Sequence record: PZ091942.1 | Source of the DNA: a phage | DNA: 64,000 bases | Direction: 5' to 3' (one strand) | In this document: piece after piece, positions 1-7,476 of the stretch | How positions within the stretch are numbered: position 1 is the stretch's first letter | Layout: each line of letters starts with the position of its first letter | Translations under genes and position numbers: made by a program | The notes under the pieces: generated by a model | Told to the model about the DNA's origin: nothing | The model's database searches: none | Seen by the model: only the letters and a program-made list of their open reading frames with translations

Positions 1-56
1 TTTATGCCCGTAAAACAAGGGGGTAGTAAGTTCTGATAACGACAGCCCAGCTACTT

Positions 57-443
57 TTGACATTGACTATTTATTATGAGGCAGGGAATCAGCCAACCGC
101 TTGCAAAGCATTAGTAGCGGATACCGTAATAAACAGAATGTCACAACGAAAACTGACTGCCGAGCAGGTTATAAAACAACGAAACCAGTTCGAGTGGATA
201 CCCGTCTTATTAAAGAAGGAGAAGCCTTTTAAACGTTATGTAAAGCTAATTCGTGATGATAATCCTCTGACGAAGAAGTCAATCAGAGAGAGCGAGCGGC
301 TTGCAAGGCGTGCACTGAAGAAAGATTATGTGCCTTTATACAGTGGTACATACTTTCAGAGTAAGAGCGAAGGGGTGCCAAAGTGGTATACCAATCCTAT
401 GTATTGTGGTGATTTAGTGTTCAATAATAGTGCCCGTGACTGA
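57..443 (+). CDS. SleB/CwlJ-like cell-wall hydrolase domain protein
   Basis: TIYYEA..VINR..QFEW pattern resembles SleB-type hydrolase family; in-frame stop at 27-29 so gene begins in window; start uncertain (TTG 57 or ATG 138). Confidence 0.45.
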   Translation: MTLTIYYEAGNQPTACKALVADTVINRMSQRKLTAEQVIKQRNQFEWIPVLLKKEKPFKRYVKLIRDDNPLTKKSIRESERLARRALKKDYVPLYSGTYFQSKSEGVPKWYTNPMYCGDLVFNNSARD

Positions 444-644
444 TTCATAGGTGCCAAGATTGACAAACTAAATTCCCTTATAAATCACCTACTTATGATT
501 TTCTCTGCAAAAAGTGGTAGTGATTCGGAACCAGAGGTAATGACTGTATATAGACCTCTGAAAATTATTGATAGAAATTAAGTTTAGAAATAATAAATTC
601 TAAATAATATTTCTTATAATATCTTACTTTAAGAGGATAAAGAT

Positions 645-950
645 ATGACTTTAGAGGTTTATAAGTTCCTTTTCGTACTCACTGTAACGATTTCTACTCT
701 AGGATTTATTATTTTAAGAAATAAATCAGCAAGCTGGAAGCGTCGTTACGAGTTCCTTCTTAAGCTAGAGGAAGACTTTAATGATGCTACTCGACTTAAG
801 CTGGCAAAGATGCAGGAGCAAATCGAAGCACGTAATGATCGTTTGGCTTCTTTGGGTTGGGAGATTAAGCGTATTCAAGATCTCAATAAGCAACTCACTG
901 AAGAAATTAAACGCCAGAATGAGGAAACAGGAGATGCGCTCAAAGGTTAA
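645..950 (+). CDS. membrane-anchored coiled-coil protein (hypothetical)
   Basis: ATG with AAGAGGA RBS after AT-rich region containing TATAAT (615-620); N-terminal hydrophobic helix then charged coiled-coil. Confidence 0.55.
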   Translation: MTLEVYKFLFVLTVTISTLGFIILRNKSASWKRRYEFLLKLEEDFNDATRLKLAKMQEQIEARNDRLASLGWEIKRIQDLNKQLTEEIKRQNEETGDALKG

Positions 951-1110
951 AATTACCATTGGCGACACCGTTCGCCTTGTTGGTGGAACTATTACAGGTG
1001 TTATTCGTCAGAGAACAATAATTGATGGTGTTCTCTGTTATCTTGTTCAGTGGAATGGTGAATCCTCTCCTTCCTTCGAACGTCGTACTGATTTGGTGTT
1101 AATCAAATGA
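934..1110 (+). CDS. small hypothetical protein
   Basis: In-frame ATG inside track ORF 781-1110, chosen to limit overlap with 645-950; product has GDTVRLVGG..CYLVQW small-domain pattern. Confidence 0.4.
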   Translation: MRSKVKITIGDTVRLVGGTITGVIRQRTIIDGVLCYLVQWNGESSPSFERRTDLVLIK

Positions 1111-1349
1111 AAGTGAATTTCGAAATCGTCCCAAAGACTAAACAAAAGACGTTAACTTTCGGTGATTTATCTAATGGGGACATCTTCAAGTTTAAAAATC
1201 CCGACGATGACACTTTTTTCTTGATGAAGGTGACATCTACATTTTCGTCGGCTATGAAGTTAAGCAGCACCTCTGACATACTCAAGGTTTCTGCGAACGC
1301 TGAAGTTGAAAAGTATGAATACAAAATTCTTATTGAGGGTAAGCAATGA
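1107..1349 (+). CDS. small hypothetical protein, GD-x-F paralog family
   Basis: ATGA overlap with upstream stop; shares L..GD(I/V)F(K/R) N-terminal motif with ORFs at 1346, 2596, 5174, 6816. Confidence 0.5.
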   Translation: MKVNFEIVPKTKQKTLTFGDLSNGDIFKFKNPDDDTFFLMKVTSTFSSAMKLSSTSDILKVSANAEVEKYEYKILIEGKQ

Positions 1350-1576
1350 AAATTAATCTCCCATCTTTAGTTGTTACTAAAAAGCTCAGCGATCTACGTC
1401 CGGGTGATGTATTCCGTCTACCAACTAATTCTGAACACCTCTATCTAAAGACAGACACCTGCCTGAATGATATGCATCGTGTGGTTGGTCTTCGTCAGGG
1501 AACACTATTCCAGTTACAGGAACATCATGAAGTTATCCCTGTATTTGATGTTCAAGTGACTAATATTGGTGGTTAA
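1346..1576 (+). CDS. small hypothetical protein, GD-x-F paralog family
   Basis: DLRPGDVFRLP ... LFQL..VIPV closely parallels ORF 6816-7067 (DMSPGDVFRATEYP ... LFRLEIDMVVIPV). Confidence 0.5.
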   Translation: MKINLPSLVVTKKLSDLRPGDVFRLPTNSEHLYLKTDTCLNDMHRVVGLRQGTLFQLQEHHEVIPVFDVQVTNIGG

Positions 1577-1885
1577 ATGATAAATCTCAATATCCGTAGA
1601 GGTTTTTACCCTAAAGTCTCCTTCCGTGCTCAACTGGAGCAGCTTTCTGGTGTAACTTTCTTAGAGTTTACTTACAGCTGTGGTCGAGACAATCCCGGTT
1701 TCACTGTCACAATTGAATCTGGTTGGTTTAATATGACCATTATGCCAGAGGATGTTAACAATGCCCTTCGTGGTATTAAGTCCGGCGGCCTAAACCTTTT
1801 AGCTCCCAAGGTGGGTGATGAACTTCTTGCTGTGATTCGTAATGGTGTGGATAAAACAGCTAAGATGGTTGAAGCCCTTAAGTAA
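1577..1885 (+). CDS. hypothetical protein
   Basis: ORF abutting previous stop, same strand and codon style as neighbours; followed by repeat element A. Confidence 0.5.
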   Translation: MINLNIRRGFYPKVSFRAQLEQLSGVTFLEFTYSCGRDNPGFTVTIESGWFNMTIMPEDVNNALRGIKSGGLNLLAPKVGDELLAVIRNGVDKTAKMVEALK

Positions 1886-1893
1886 CATCGACT

Positions 1894-2004
1894 TATAGCC
1901 CTTGTGCTTATCAGAGGGCTATGTGAGGATGTTCCTCAATTAACTATAATCTCAATGCCATATGGCTCACCGCTAGGGAGAGACTTGTCTCAAACATCCG
2001 GTGA
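1894..2004. repeat. conserved intergenic element, copy A
   Basis: TATAGCCCTTGTGCTTATCAGAGGGCTATGTGAG (31/33 identical to copy at 7072) plus downstream block with GCTAGGGAGAG and AACATCCG..GATAGA shared with copy B. Confidence 0.6.
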
Positions 2005-2188
2005 TAGACTAAAACCTGTTTAATTTTCGAATGGCATTCCGATATGTAGGGGTATGTATCGGTTTGGGATAGAGAACAATCTAGGGGTAGAGAGTTCTCG
2101 ACAGTTTGTACAAGCGGAAGCCTTAACGTGTAGGGCTTCCCTTTATATTAACTGGCAATCCTGCCTCCATTAACAAAGAGAGAACGTT

Positions 2189-2329
2189 ATGAAAAAGACA
2201 ACCAAACGTATGAACCGTCCTGAACGTATGGATGCAGTAGCAAATGGTGCTCTGAAGATTGAGTCTGCTATGCTTCGTCTGACAACTAACATCCGTAAAC
2301 GTCAAGGTGATTGGTTCTATGGCGGCTGA
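2189..2329 (+). CDS. small basic hypothetical protein (46 aa)
   Basis: ATG preceded by purine-rich AAAGAGAGAA; below 60-aa track cutoff; MKKTTKRMNRPERMDAV... Confidence 0.3.
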   Translation: MKKTTKRMNRPERMDAVANGALKIESAMLRLTTNIRKRQGDWFYGG

Positions 2330-2516
2330 GCATGATGTTGGTATTCGTGAGATTATTCGTCTTGCGATAATTGATCATCCTAACAGTCGCAATGGTCTGT
2401 TGTTACAGATCTCTAAATGTCTTAATTGCGATCGAGATGTAGCGAAAGAGCTGTTCTTTGCATTCCTTTATAATGCAGATGATCGCTTCTTGAATAACAA
2501 GTTGCGTAGTGCTTAA
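2319..2516 (+). CDS. hypothetical protein
   Basis: In-frame ATG of track ORF 2307-2516 (track start is GTG); followed by terminator. Confidence 0.4.
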   Translation: MAAEHDVGIREIIRLAIIDHPNSRNGLLLQISKCLNCDRDVAKELFFAFLYNADDRFLNNKLRSA

Positions 2517-2521
2517 TAAGA

Positions 2522-2552
2522 GGCTGCCCTTCGGGGTGGCCTTTGTTGTTTT
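2522..2552 (+). terminator. rho-independent terminator
   Basis: GGCTGCCC-TTCG-GGGTGGCC hairpin followed by TTTGTTGTTTT. Confidence 0.6.
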
Positions 2553-2595
2553 AATTAAGGGACAACTCTTACTTAAACTAACAAGAGAGGTTGAT

Positions 2596-2847
2596 ATGTT
2601 CAATCGTTTATTTGACCGTAAAGGTCGCACTGACATACTGATACCCTCTATCGGTGTGCCAGCTAAGTTCGGTGAGATACGTGCTGGTGATTTCTTCATG
2701 GAATCGGGGCGTCTTCATCTGAAGATCAACCTTGAACACGCCGTAGAAATCCTCAGTGATGATAAGCCAATCATCGGCACTTCGGTGTACAGTGCAAACC
2801 ATACTGTATTTGTTGTCAATGTTCAGATTGAGATTAAATCGCCATGA
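2596..2847 (+). CDS. small hypothetical protein, GD-x-F paralog family
   Basis: ATG with AGAGAGG RBS 5 nt upstream (track start 2509 rejected); GEIRAGDFFMESGRLHL motif. Confidence 0.5.
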   Translation: MFNRLFDRKGRTDILIPSIGVPAKFGEIRAGDFFMESGRLHLKINLEHAVEILSDDKPIIGTSVYSANHTVFVVNVQIEIKSP

Positions 2848-3101
2848 AGACAAACTTCCGAGCAGCAGTTATTACGAAAGTAATAGCAGTTGGTGATGTG
2901 ATGATGCAGGTTCCTCTGAACACTCGTTACATTGCCATTGATCGAATGGGTTACGTGTGGGCTTGGAAGTGGAAGCCTATCTATAATGAACTGTTCGATG
3001 AATACCAGTGCGCTGGGCCTTACATGCCAACGTTGGTTGGTGTGTATGAAGACGGTCCTTGTCGTACTCCTCAGTTAATTGAACTACCGGCGTGTGTTTA
3101 A
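2844..3101 (+). CDS. hypothetical protein
   Basis: ATGA start/stop overlap with upstream gene; 85-aa ORF. Confidence 0.5.
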   Translation: MKTNFRAAVITKVIAVGDVMMQVPLNTRYIAIDRMGYVWAWKWKPIYNELFDEYQCAGPYMPTLVGVYEDGPCRTPQLIELPACV

Positions 3102-3102
3102 T

Positions 3103-3264
3103 ATGATTAAGTGGCTAAAACGTGTCTTCCATTGTCATGATTGGAAGATTATTAACACCCGTCCTCTGGTCTATACAGATTCAGATGGGAACAATGACAA
3201 GGGCACACGTTACGTTATTCAGTGTAAGGTGTGTGGTGATGTTAGTCATCGTGATGTAATCTAA
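3103..3264 (+). CDS. small Cys/His-motif protein, tandem paralog 1
   Basis: ATG 3103 (track start 3079 is TTG); KWLKRVFHCHDW ... QCKVCG shared with next two ORFs. Confidence 0.45.
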   Translation: MIKWLKRVFHCHDWKIINTRPLVYTDSDGNNDKGTRYVIQCKVCGDVSHRDVI

Positions 3265-3273
3265 GGAATCATT

Positions 3274-3438
3274 ATGATTAAATGGTTCAAACGTCTATTT
3301 CATTTCCATGAGTGGGAAGATCTTCATACTTATGAACTGACGATCACAAATAAACTTACTGACAGAGAGCGACAAGGGTTGCGTATCTACTCTCGCTGTA
3401 AAGTGTGTGGTCTGCACAAGAAAACAGACCTGATTTAA
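3274..3438 (+). CDS. small Cys/His-motif protein, tandem paralog 2 (54 aa, not in ORF track)
   Basis: ATG after AAGGAA; MIKWFKRLFHFHEW ... RCKVCGLHKK; below track length cutoff. Confidence 0.45.
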   Translation: MIKWFKRLFHFHEWEDLHTYELTITNKLTDRERQGLRIYSRCKVCGLHKKTDLI

Positions 3439-3447
3439 GGGGGTGTT

Positions 3448-3657
3448 ATGTTCTTTCGTAAGAAAAAGCCCGAAGATTCTGGATGTAAACATGAGTGGGT
3501 GATCACTGAAAACTTACATATCACTCACGCTAAAGACACTCCAGCTGAAGCGAAAGAGTCTCGTGTATCTCGTGTCTGTAAACGCTGTTTGAAAATAGAA
3601 CAGCACAAAGTCCCCGGTCATATCTATCACGATGTGGCCTTGCGTATCTTCAGTTAA
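3448..3657 (+). CDS. small Cys/His-motif protein, tandem paralog 3
   Basis: ATG after GGGGG; CKHEW ... VCKRCLK motif. Confidence 0.45.
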   Translation: MFFRKKKPEDSGCKHEWVITENLHITHAKDTPAEAKESRVSRVCKRCLKIEQHKVPGHIYHDVALRIFS

Positions 3658-3675
3658 ATAAATCCAGAGGTTAAT

Positions 3676-3984
3676 GTGAAACAAAAGCATTTTATCATCT
3701 CAACCTTACTACTAATGACAACCATTGGTATCATCTCTGTTAATAGTGCAGAGATTGGAGTTAAGTATCAGAGTGTTCAGCAATGCACTCTTAAAGAGCA
3801 TAGCTTAACTGGTATCAAAGAATCTCATGGTATGGTAAGAGATGGGCTTCTGTTTGTAGAAACAACTTCTGGTAATCGTGTCATGGCTATTGATGGCAAA
3901 GAAACAAAGTATGCCTACTTCCCTGATACAACAGGCTATTACACTTTTGAAGATAAGGATTGTAAGAAGTCTTTCTCTTTATAA
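3676..3984 (+). CDS. secreted hypothetical protein (signal peptide)
   Basis: GTG start with GAGG RBS; N-terminal hydrophobic signal-like segment LLLMTTIGIISVNSA. Confidence 0.45.
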   Translation: MKQKHFIISTLLLMTTIGIISVNSAEIGVKYQSVQQCTLKEHSLTGIKESHGMVRDGLLFVETTSGNRVMAIDGKETKYAYFPDTTGYYTFEDKDCKKSFSL

Positions 3985-3993
3985 ACAATTCAA

Positions 3994-4069
3994 GCACCCT
4001 TAGCTCAATGGATAGAGCAGCGACCTTCTAAGTCGTTGGTTACAGGTTCGAGTCCTGTAGGGTGCACCA
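3994..4069 (+). tRNA. tRNA-Arg (anticodon UCU)
   Basis: Cloverleaf read by eye: acceptor GCACCCT/AGGGTGC, D-arm GCTC-AATGGATA-GAGC, anticodon stem GCGAC/GTCGT with loop CTTCTAA, T-arm ACAGG-TTCGAGT-CCTGT, encoded CCA. Confidence 0.85.
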
Positions 4070-4087
4070 ATCAACGTAGGAGGGATC

Positions 4088-4414
4088 ATGAGCTGGGGTG
4101 GTGTAATTACCTTAACCTGTATCTTTATCGCCTGTGTAGCTCTTACAGGCTGCGTACAGCATCGTCCTGATGGATGGTGTGCATTATCGGTAGAAGGTGT
4201 CTGTGTTTCCCGTTGGCATAGCGGGGAGAAGATTCCTAGTGGTGAAATTGATATGCGTTATGCTGGTGCTTCTTGTTCCAATGGCGGTGCTGTTGACGAG
4301 AAGGCTTATGCAAAGCGTGATATGGCTACCCAAGGTGATTGGTCACGTTATGACTTCATCTCCCGTGGTGAGCTGTGTGGTGGTTCTGTGACAACAACAG
4401 GTAAGGAGTGGTGA
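4088..4414 (+). CDS. lipoprotein (signal peptide with lipobox LTGC)
   Basis: AGGAGG RBS 5 nt upstream of ATG; hydrophobic N-terminus ending VALTGC; Cys-rich mature region. Confidence 0.65.
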   Translation: MSWGGVITLTCIFIACVALTGCVQHRPDGWCALSVEGVCVSRWHSGEKIPSGEIDMRYAGASCSNGGAVDEKAYAKRDMATQGDWSRYDFISRGELCGGSVTTTGKEW

Positions 4415-4415
4415 T

Positions 4416-4670
4416 ATGTCTGGTCATTATTCTGATACGAAATCTCTGATTGAAACAGCGGCTCAGACTTCATGCCAACAGCAAGTAAGTATGTTGTTGG
4501 TTGATATTCGCAATCTACGCTGGCTTATCAAAGAAGGTCATCTTGGAAACGCTGCCTATTACAACGTTAAAGATATCCTTCGCCGCCAGCACTTTCTTAT
4601 CCACGGAAACGTGGTCACTCGCAACTATCAATGGAACGGTCAATGGTTACAGCAGCGTATGTCCTCCTGA
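4416..4670 (+). CDS. hypothetical protein
   Basis: ATG 2 nt after upstream stop; 84-aa ORF. Confidence 0.45.
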   Translation: MSGHYSDTKSLIETAAQTSCQQQVSMLLVDIRNLRWLIKEGHLGNAAYYNVKDILRRQHFLIHGNVVTRNYQWNGQWLQQRMSS

Positions 4671-4897
4671 TTTATGTTATAGGTTGGTGGTTAGCAGCCA
4701 TCGCAGTTAAGTGGTGCTTCAAAACCCATACATTCTACAACTTCTTCCATTCCTCATGGAGCGGTAAGCCTGATGAATATTCTATTTGGATGGTGATATT
4801 CTTCTGGCCTTTTATTCTGATCACTATCTTACTATTACCTTTCTTTATGTTAATAGGCTGGTTGTTGGATAAGGTGACAGCCTTTGTTACTAAGTAA
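4631..4897 (+). CDS. small membrane protein (2 predicted TM helices)
   Basis: Hydrophobic segments AAYVLLIYVIGWWLAAIAV and MVIFFWPFILITILLLPFFMLIGWLL; start may be the downstream ATG at 4643. Confidence 0.45.
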   Translation: MERSMVTAAYVLLIYVIGWWLAAIAVKWCFKTHTFYNFFHSSWSGKPDEYSIWMVIFFWPFILITILLLPFFMLIGWLLDKVTAFVTK

Positions 4898-4906
4898 TAT
4901 CGTGAA

Positions 4907-4930
4907 GGATTCTTACGAGAGTCCTTTGAG
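4907..4930 (+). terminator. terminator-like hairpin
   Basis: GGATTCT-TACG-AGAGTCC hairpin then TTTGAG directly after stop of 4631-4897. Confidence 0.4.
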
Positions 4931-5173
4931 ATAGGACTTCAGATCTCCTATCAACTAACCGCTCAATGTTGAGCATTTTAATCACATAAGCCCCTTAAGG
5001 GCTGGGTTTAATGCCGGTAAGCGTTTTACGCTATCCACTACAGCATCGGATTGTTAGGTCTTACATGCAATATTAATCAATAGGATATGGGAGGATTCGT
5101 CCCCTCCCCCTATTTATGAAAGCATTCTTCCGAGAGTTCTCTCATAAATTGGTCCATAACTAAAGGTGGTTAA

Positions 5174-5428
5174 ATGAAAGTTAACAAACCAGCAGGTAAG
5201 AGTGCAATACCTCTCAGTGCTTTGCGACTTGGGGATTGCTTCATGTACCCTAACAGTGAAGATGGTGATTTGTACATCTTATTATCTACCGAGTTCTCCA
5301 CTCGACTGTGCATCAAGGGCGCGGACGAGCACAGACTTGTAGCCTGTCTTAACACAGGCCGAGCGACAGCGCCTCGTAAAGATGTTGCTGTTATTCCTAT
5401 CAAAGCTGAAGCAACTATTAAGGAGTAA
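5174..5428 (+). CDS. small hypothetical protein, GD-x-F paralog family
   Basis: LSALRLGDCFMYPNSEDGDLY motif; first gene after a 270-nt structured intergenic region. Confidence 0.5.
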   Translation: MKVNKPAGKSAIPLSALRLGDCFMYPNSEDGDLYILLSTEFSTRLCIKGADEHRLVACLNTGRATAPRKDVAVIPIKAEATIKE

Positions 5429-5431
5429 GCA

Positions 5432-5695
5432 ATGGCTCTGACCATTAACAAAACTCGTATTGCGGATATTCCTCTAATGGTGGCAGGTGTTTCTATCGGC
5501 TCTTTCTTTACTTTGAAAGAAGATAAAGAACAAACCATTTACATGAAAGTAAACAAAAGCTCTAATGGTTGTGAATACCACCGAGCTGTGTCGATGCAGA
5601 GTGGATATGTTCGTAATATGGCATCCAATATGCCAGTTGGTGTTGTGTTTGAATCGGCAACTCTGGATTTAGTGGAGAAGATTAGTGAGACGTAA
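5432..5695 (+). CDS. small hypothetical protein
   Basis: Tightly coupled to 5174-5428; similar size and layout to the paralog family. Confidence 0.45.
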   Translation: MALTINKTRIADIPLMVAGVSIGSFFTLKEDKEQTIYMKVNKSSNGCEYHRAVSMQSGYVRNMASNMPVGVVFESATLDLVEKISET

Positions 5696-5942
5696 AGATC
5701 ATCCGAAGTATGTATCACTACTGGATGCAGTCCTTCTCTGCACATATTGGCTCCTCATTGTCGTTGGGGCTGTGCTGATGGTATGTGGTGTCGTACAGTT
5801 CTTTATGTATCTGCAAAGCGTGTTAGATATCACATTAGCTAACACTATAATCCTTGCAACTCTCGGTATTATTGCTTTCTGTGTGATTGTCTTCTTCGTT
5901 TGGTTATCTATGAACGACGACTCTACACACACCTTCTATTGA
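5685..5942 (+). CDS. small membrane protein
   Basis: Two long hydrophobic helices (LLDAVLLCTYWLLIVVGAVLMVCGVV; IILATLGIIAFCVIVFFVWL). Confidence 0.45.
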   Translation: MRRKDHPKYVSLLDAVLLCTYWLLIVVGAVLMVCGVVQFFMYLQSVLDITLANTIILATLGIIAFCVIVFFVWLSMNDDSTHTFY

Positions 5943-6140
5943 CAGGAGAAAATCAGTGAGAAAACGTGCCTACTCTGAAGAAGAAATGGTTAACTTGAAA
6001 GGCTTCGGTCAACGACAGCCTGACGGTTCAGTTATCTGGTACATTAACGGACAGAAAAAGGCAAGTAAATAAGCCCTCTTCTCTCCTCCCTTTAGCTACT
6101 ATGACGCCTCTCTTTTCGGCGCTGTTTTGGAGCTTCAAAA

Positions 6141-6554
6141 ATGTCTGGGAAATTCCCCAACGTAAGCAAGAAATTGGCTTACCTCACGTATAAAGAAAAC
6201 ATTGATCTTCTGGTCAAACTTTATCCGGCTTCATTCAACAAGCAATTCCCTCTTCCTTTGGAGCTTAACATCCATAAGGAGATCGCCCGTAAGACCGGTT
6301 GGTCAGCGGAGAAAACAAGCATGGTGCTCAACATCTGGACTACTCGTATGGAGTATGTGATGATGGCCTGTAGCACTGGTAAACGCTTCAAGCTGCACTC
6401 TGTAGCTATGAAGATCCGTAGTCCTATTGACCCTGAGCCAATGGCTGGGTTCAGCAGCCGTCTGAAATCTTTCCGTGATCGTGGTCGTGTAGTGAAGTTT
6501 AAGCACGACTTCTCTTATAAGTTTGGATACGAAGCGTTCCAATTCGTTGTTTAA
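6141..6554 (+). CDS. ProQ/FinO-domain-like RNA-binding protein (putative)
   Basis: LYPASFNKQFPLPLELNIHKEIARKTG...MVLNIWTTRMEYVMMACSTGKRFKLHS resembles the ProQ/FinO fold signature. Confidence 0.45.
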   Translation: MSGKFPNVSKKLAYLTYKENIDLLVKLYPASFNKQFPLPLELNIHKEIARKTGWSAEKTSMVLNIWTTRMEYVMMACSTGKRFKLHSVAMKIRSPIDPEPMAGFSSRLKSFRDRGRVVKFKHDFSYKFGYEAFQFVV

Positions 6555-6582
6555 TCTCTCTTTAATATAAGGTAATAAAAAC

Positions 6583-6816
6583 ATGTCTAAAGTTAGCGCA
6601 ATTGATGCCATCCGTCAGCCGTTCCAGTTTCAGTCCAAGTCAACTCAGACCCAAAGTGAACCGCGTCAGATTCGTCTGGGTGGTACAGAGAAGTCTGTGT
6701 TTGATATTGCGAAAAACAAAAGCGTAACCATCGTCGAAGGTGGTGAGCTGGTTAATGTTTCCCATCGTATCCGCACTGGCAAAACTGCCAAAGATCGTGC
6801 TAAGAAAGGTCTGTAA
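6583..6816 (+). CDS. hypothetical protein
   Basis: ATG preceded by AAGGTAATAAA, the same leader seen upstream of 28774. Confidence 0.45.
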   Translation: MSKVSAIDAIRQPFQFQSKSTQTQSEPRQIRLGGTEKSVFDIAKNKSVTIVEGGELVNVSHRIRTGKTAKDRAKKGL

Positions 6817-7067
6817 TGCAAATTGCTAATAAAACCCCTCCTGAATCAATTACCCAAGTAAAGGATATGTCACCGGGAGATGTATTTCGTGCAACGGAAT
6901 ATCCGGGGGATTTCTTTATTCGAATCCCCTCAGCATCTGTTGGTGGCATCGCTAAACCGGTAACAGCAGTTCAGCTAAGTACGGGTCATCTCTTCCGTTT
7001 AGAGATTGATATGGTTGTGATTCCTGTTCCAACAGCAATCCTCCGCTTCGACGGAGCCACAGAGTAA
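6816..7067 (+). CDS. small hypothetical protein, GD-x-F paralog family
   Basis: Paralog of 1346-1576; followed by repeat element B. Confidence 0.5.
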   Translation: MQIANKTPPESITQVKDMSPGDVFRATEYPGDFFIRIPSASVGGIAKPVTAVQLSTGHLFRLEIDMVVIPVPTAILRFDGATE

Positions 7068-7071
7068 CATC

Positions 7072-7200
7072 TATAGCCCTTGTGAGTATCAGAGGGCTAT
7101 GTGAGCTATTCTGGCTCAACTAACCTAAACTTAATTTAATCTTACCCGTATGGGGCCGATGCTAGGGAGAGGAACAGTCCTCGAACATCCGTCGGATAGA
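7072..7200. repeat. conserved intergenic element, copy B
   Basis: TATAGCCCTTGTGAGTATCAGAGGGCTATGTGAG plus GCTAGGGAGAG block; internal hairpin GAGGA-ACAG-TCCTC covaries with GAGAC-TT-GTCTC in copy A. Confidence 0.6.
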
Positions 7201-7308
7201 ATATTTTAAGAGCAGGTTATCCACAGATATTGGGTGATATCTATTTAATTGGCCTTAAAGCTTGGCTCTCTTAGGAGAGTCCTTTTTTAAGTTCAAAGAA
7301 GAGGTTGT

Positions 7309-7476
7309 ATGGATAATAAGTTGAAAGTTAAGTTCTTATTGGCAGCAATCTTTATTTGCTTAGCCACCGTGGGGTTTGCCCGTGTGACTTCCTTTGTATC
7401 TTGTGAATTAAGCAAGAACAACAGAGGGTCTTATAACTGGCTTACCAATCAATGTGATAAACAGGAGAAGTTATGA
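7309..7476 (+). CDS. small secreted/membrane protein (55 aa, not in ORF track)
   Basis: ATG after GAAGAGG; hydrophobic N-terminus KFLLAAIFICLATVGFA; stop overlaps ATG of next gene (ATGA). Confidence 0.35.
   Translation: MDNKLKVKFLLAAIFICLATVGFARVTSFVSCELSKNNRGSYNWLTNQCDKQEKL

Noticed and set aside
1960-1985. T7-like promoter resemblance (CTAGGGAGAG) in both copies of the repeat element
   Set aside because: Only the GGGAGA part matches the T7 consensus, and no single-subunit RNA polymerase gene is present in the window; kept as an unexplained conserved block.
4197-4710. Track ORFs 4197-4391 and 4501-4710 on the plus strand
   Set aside because: Both are alternative frames embedded in the better-supported lipoprotein (4088-4414) and 4416-4670 genes.
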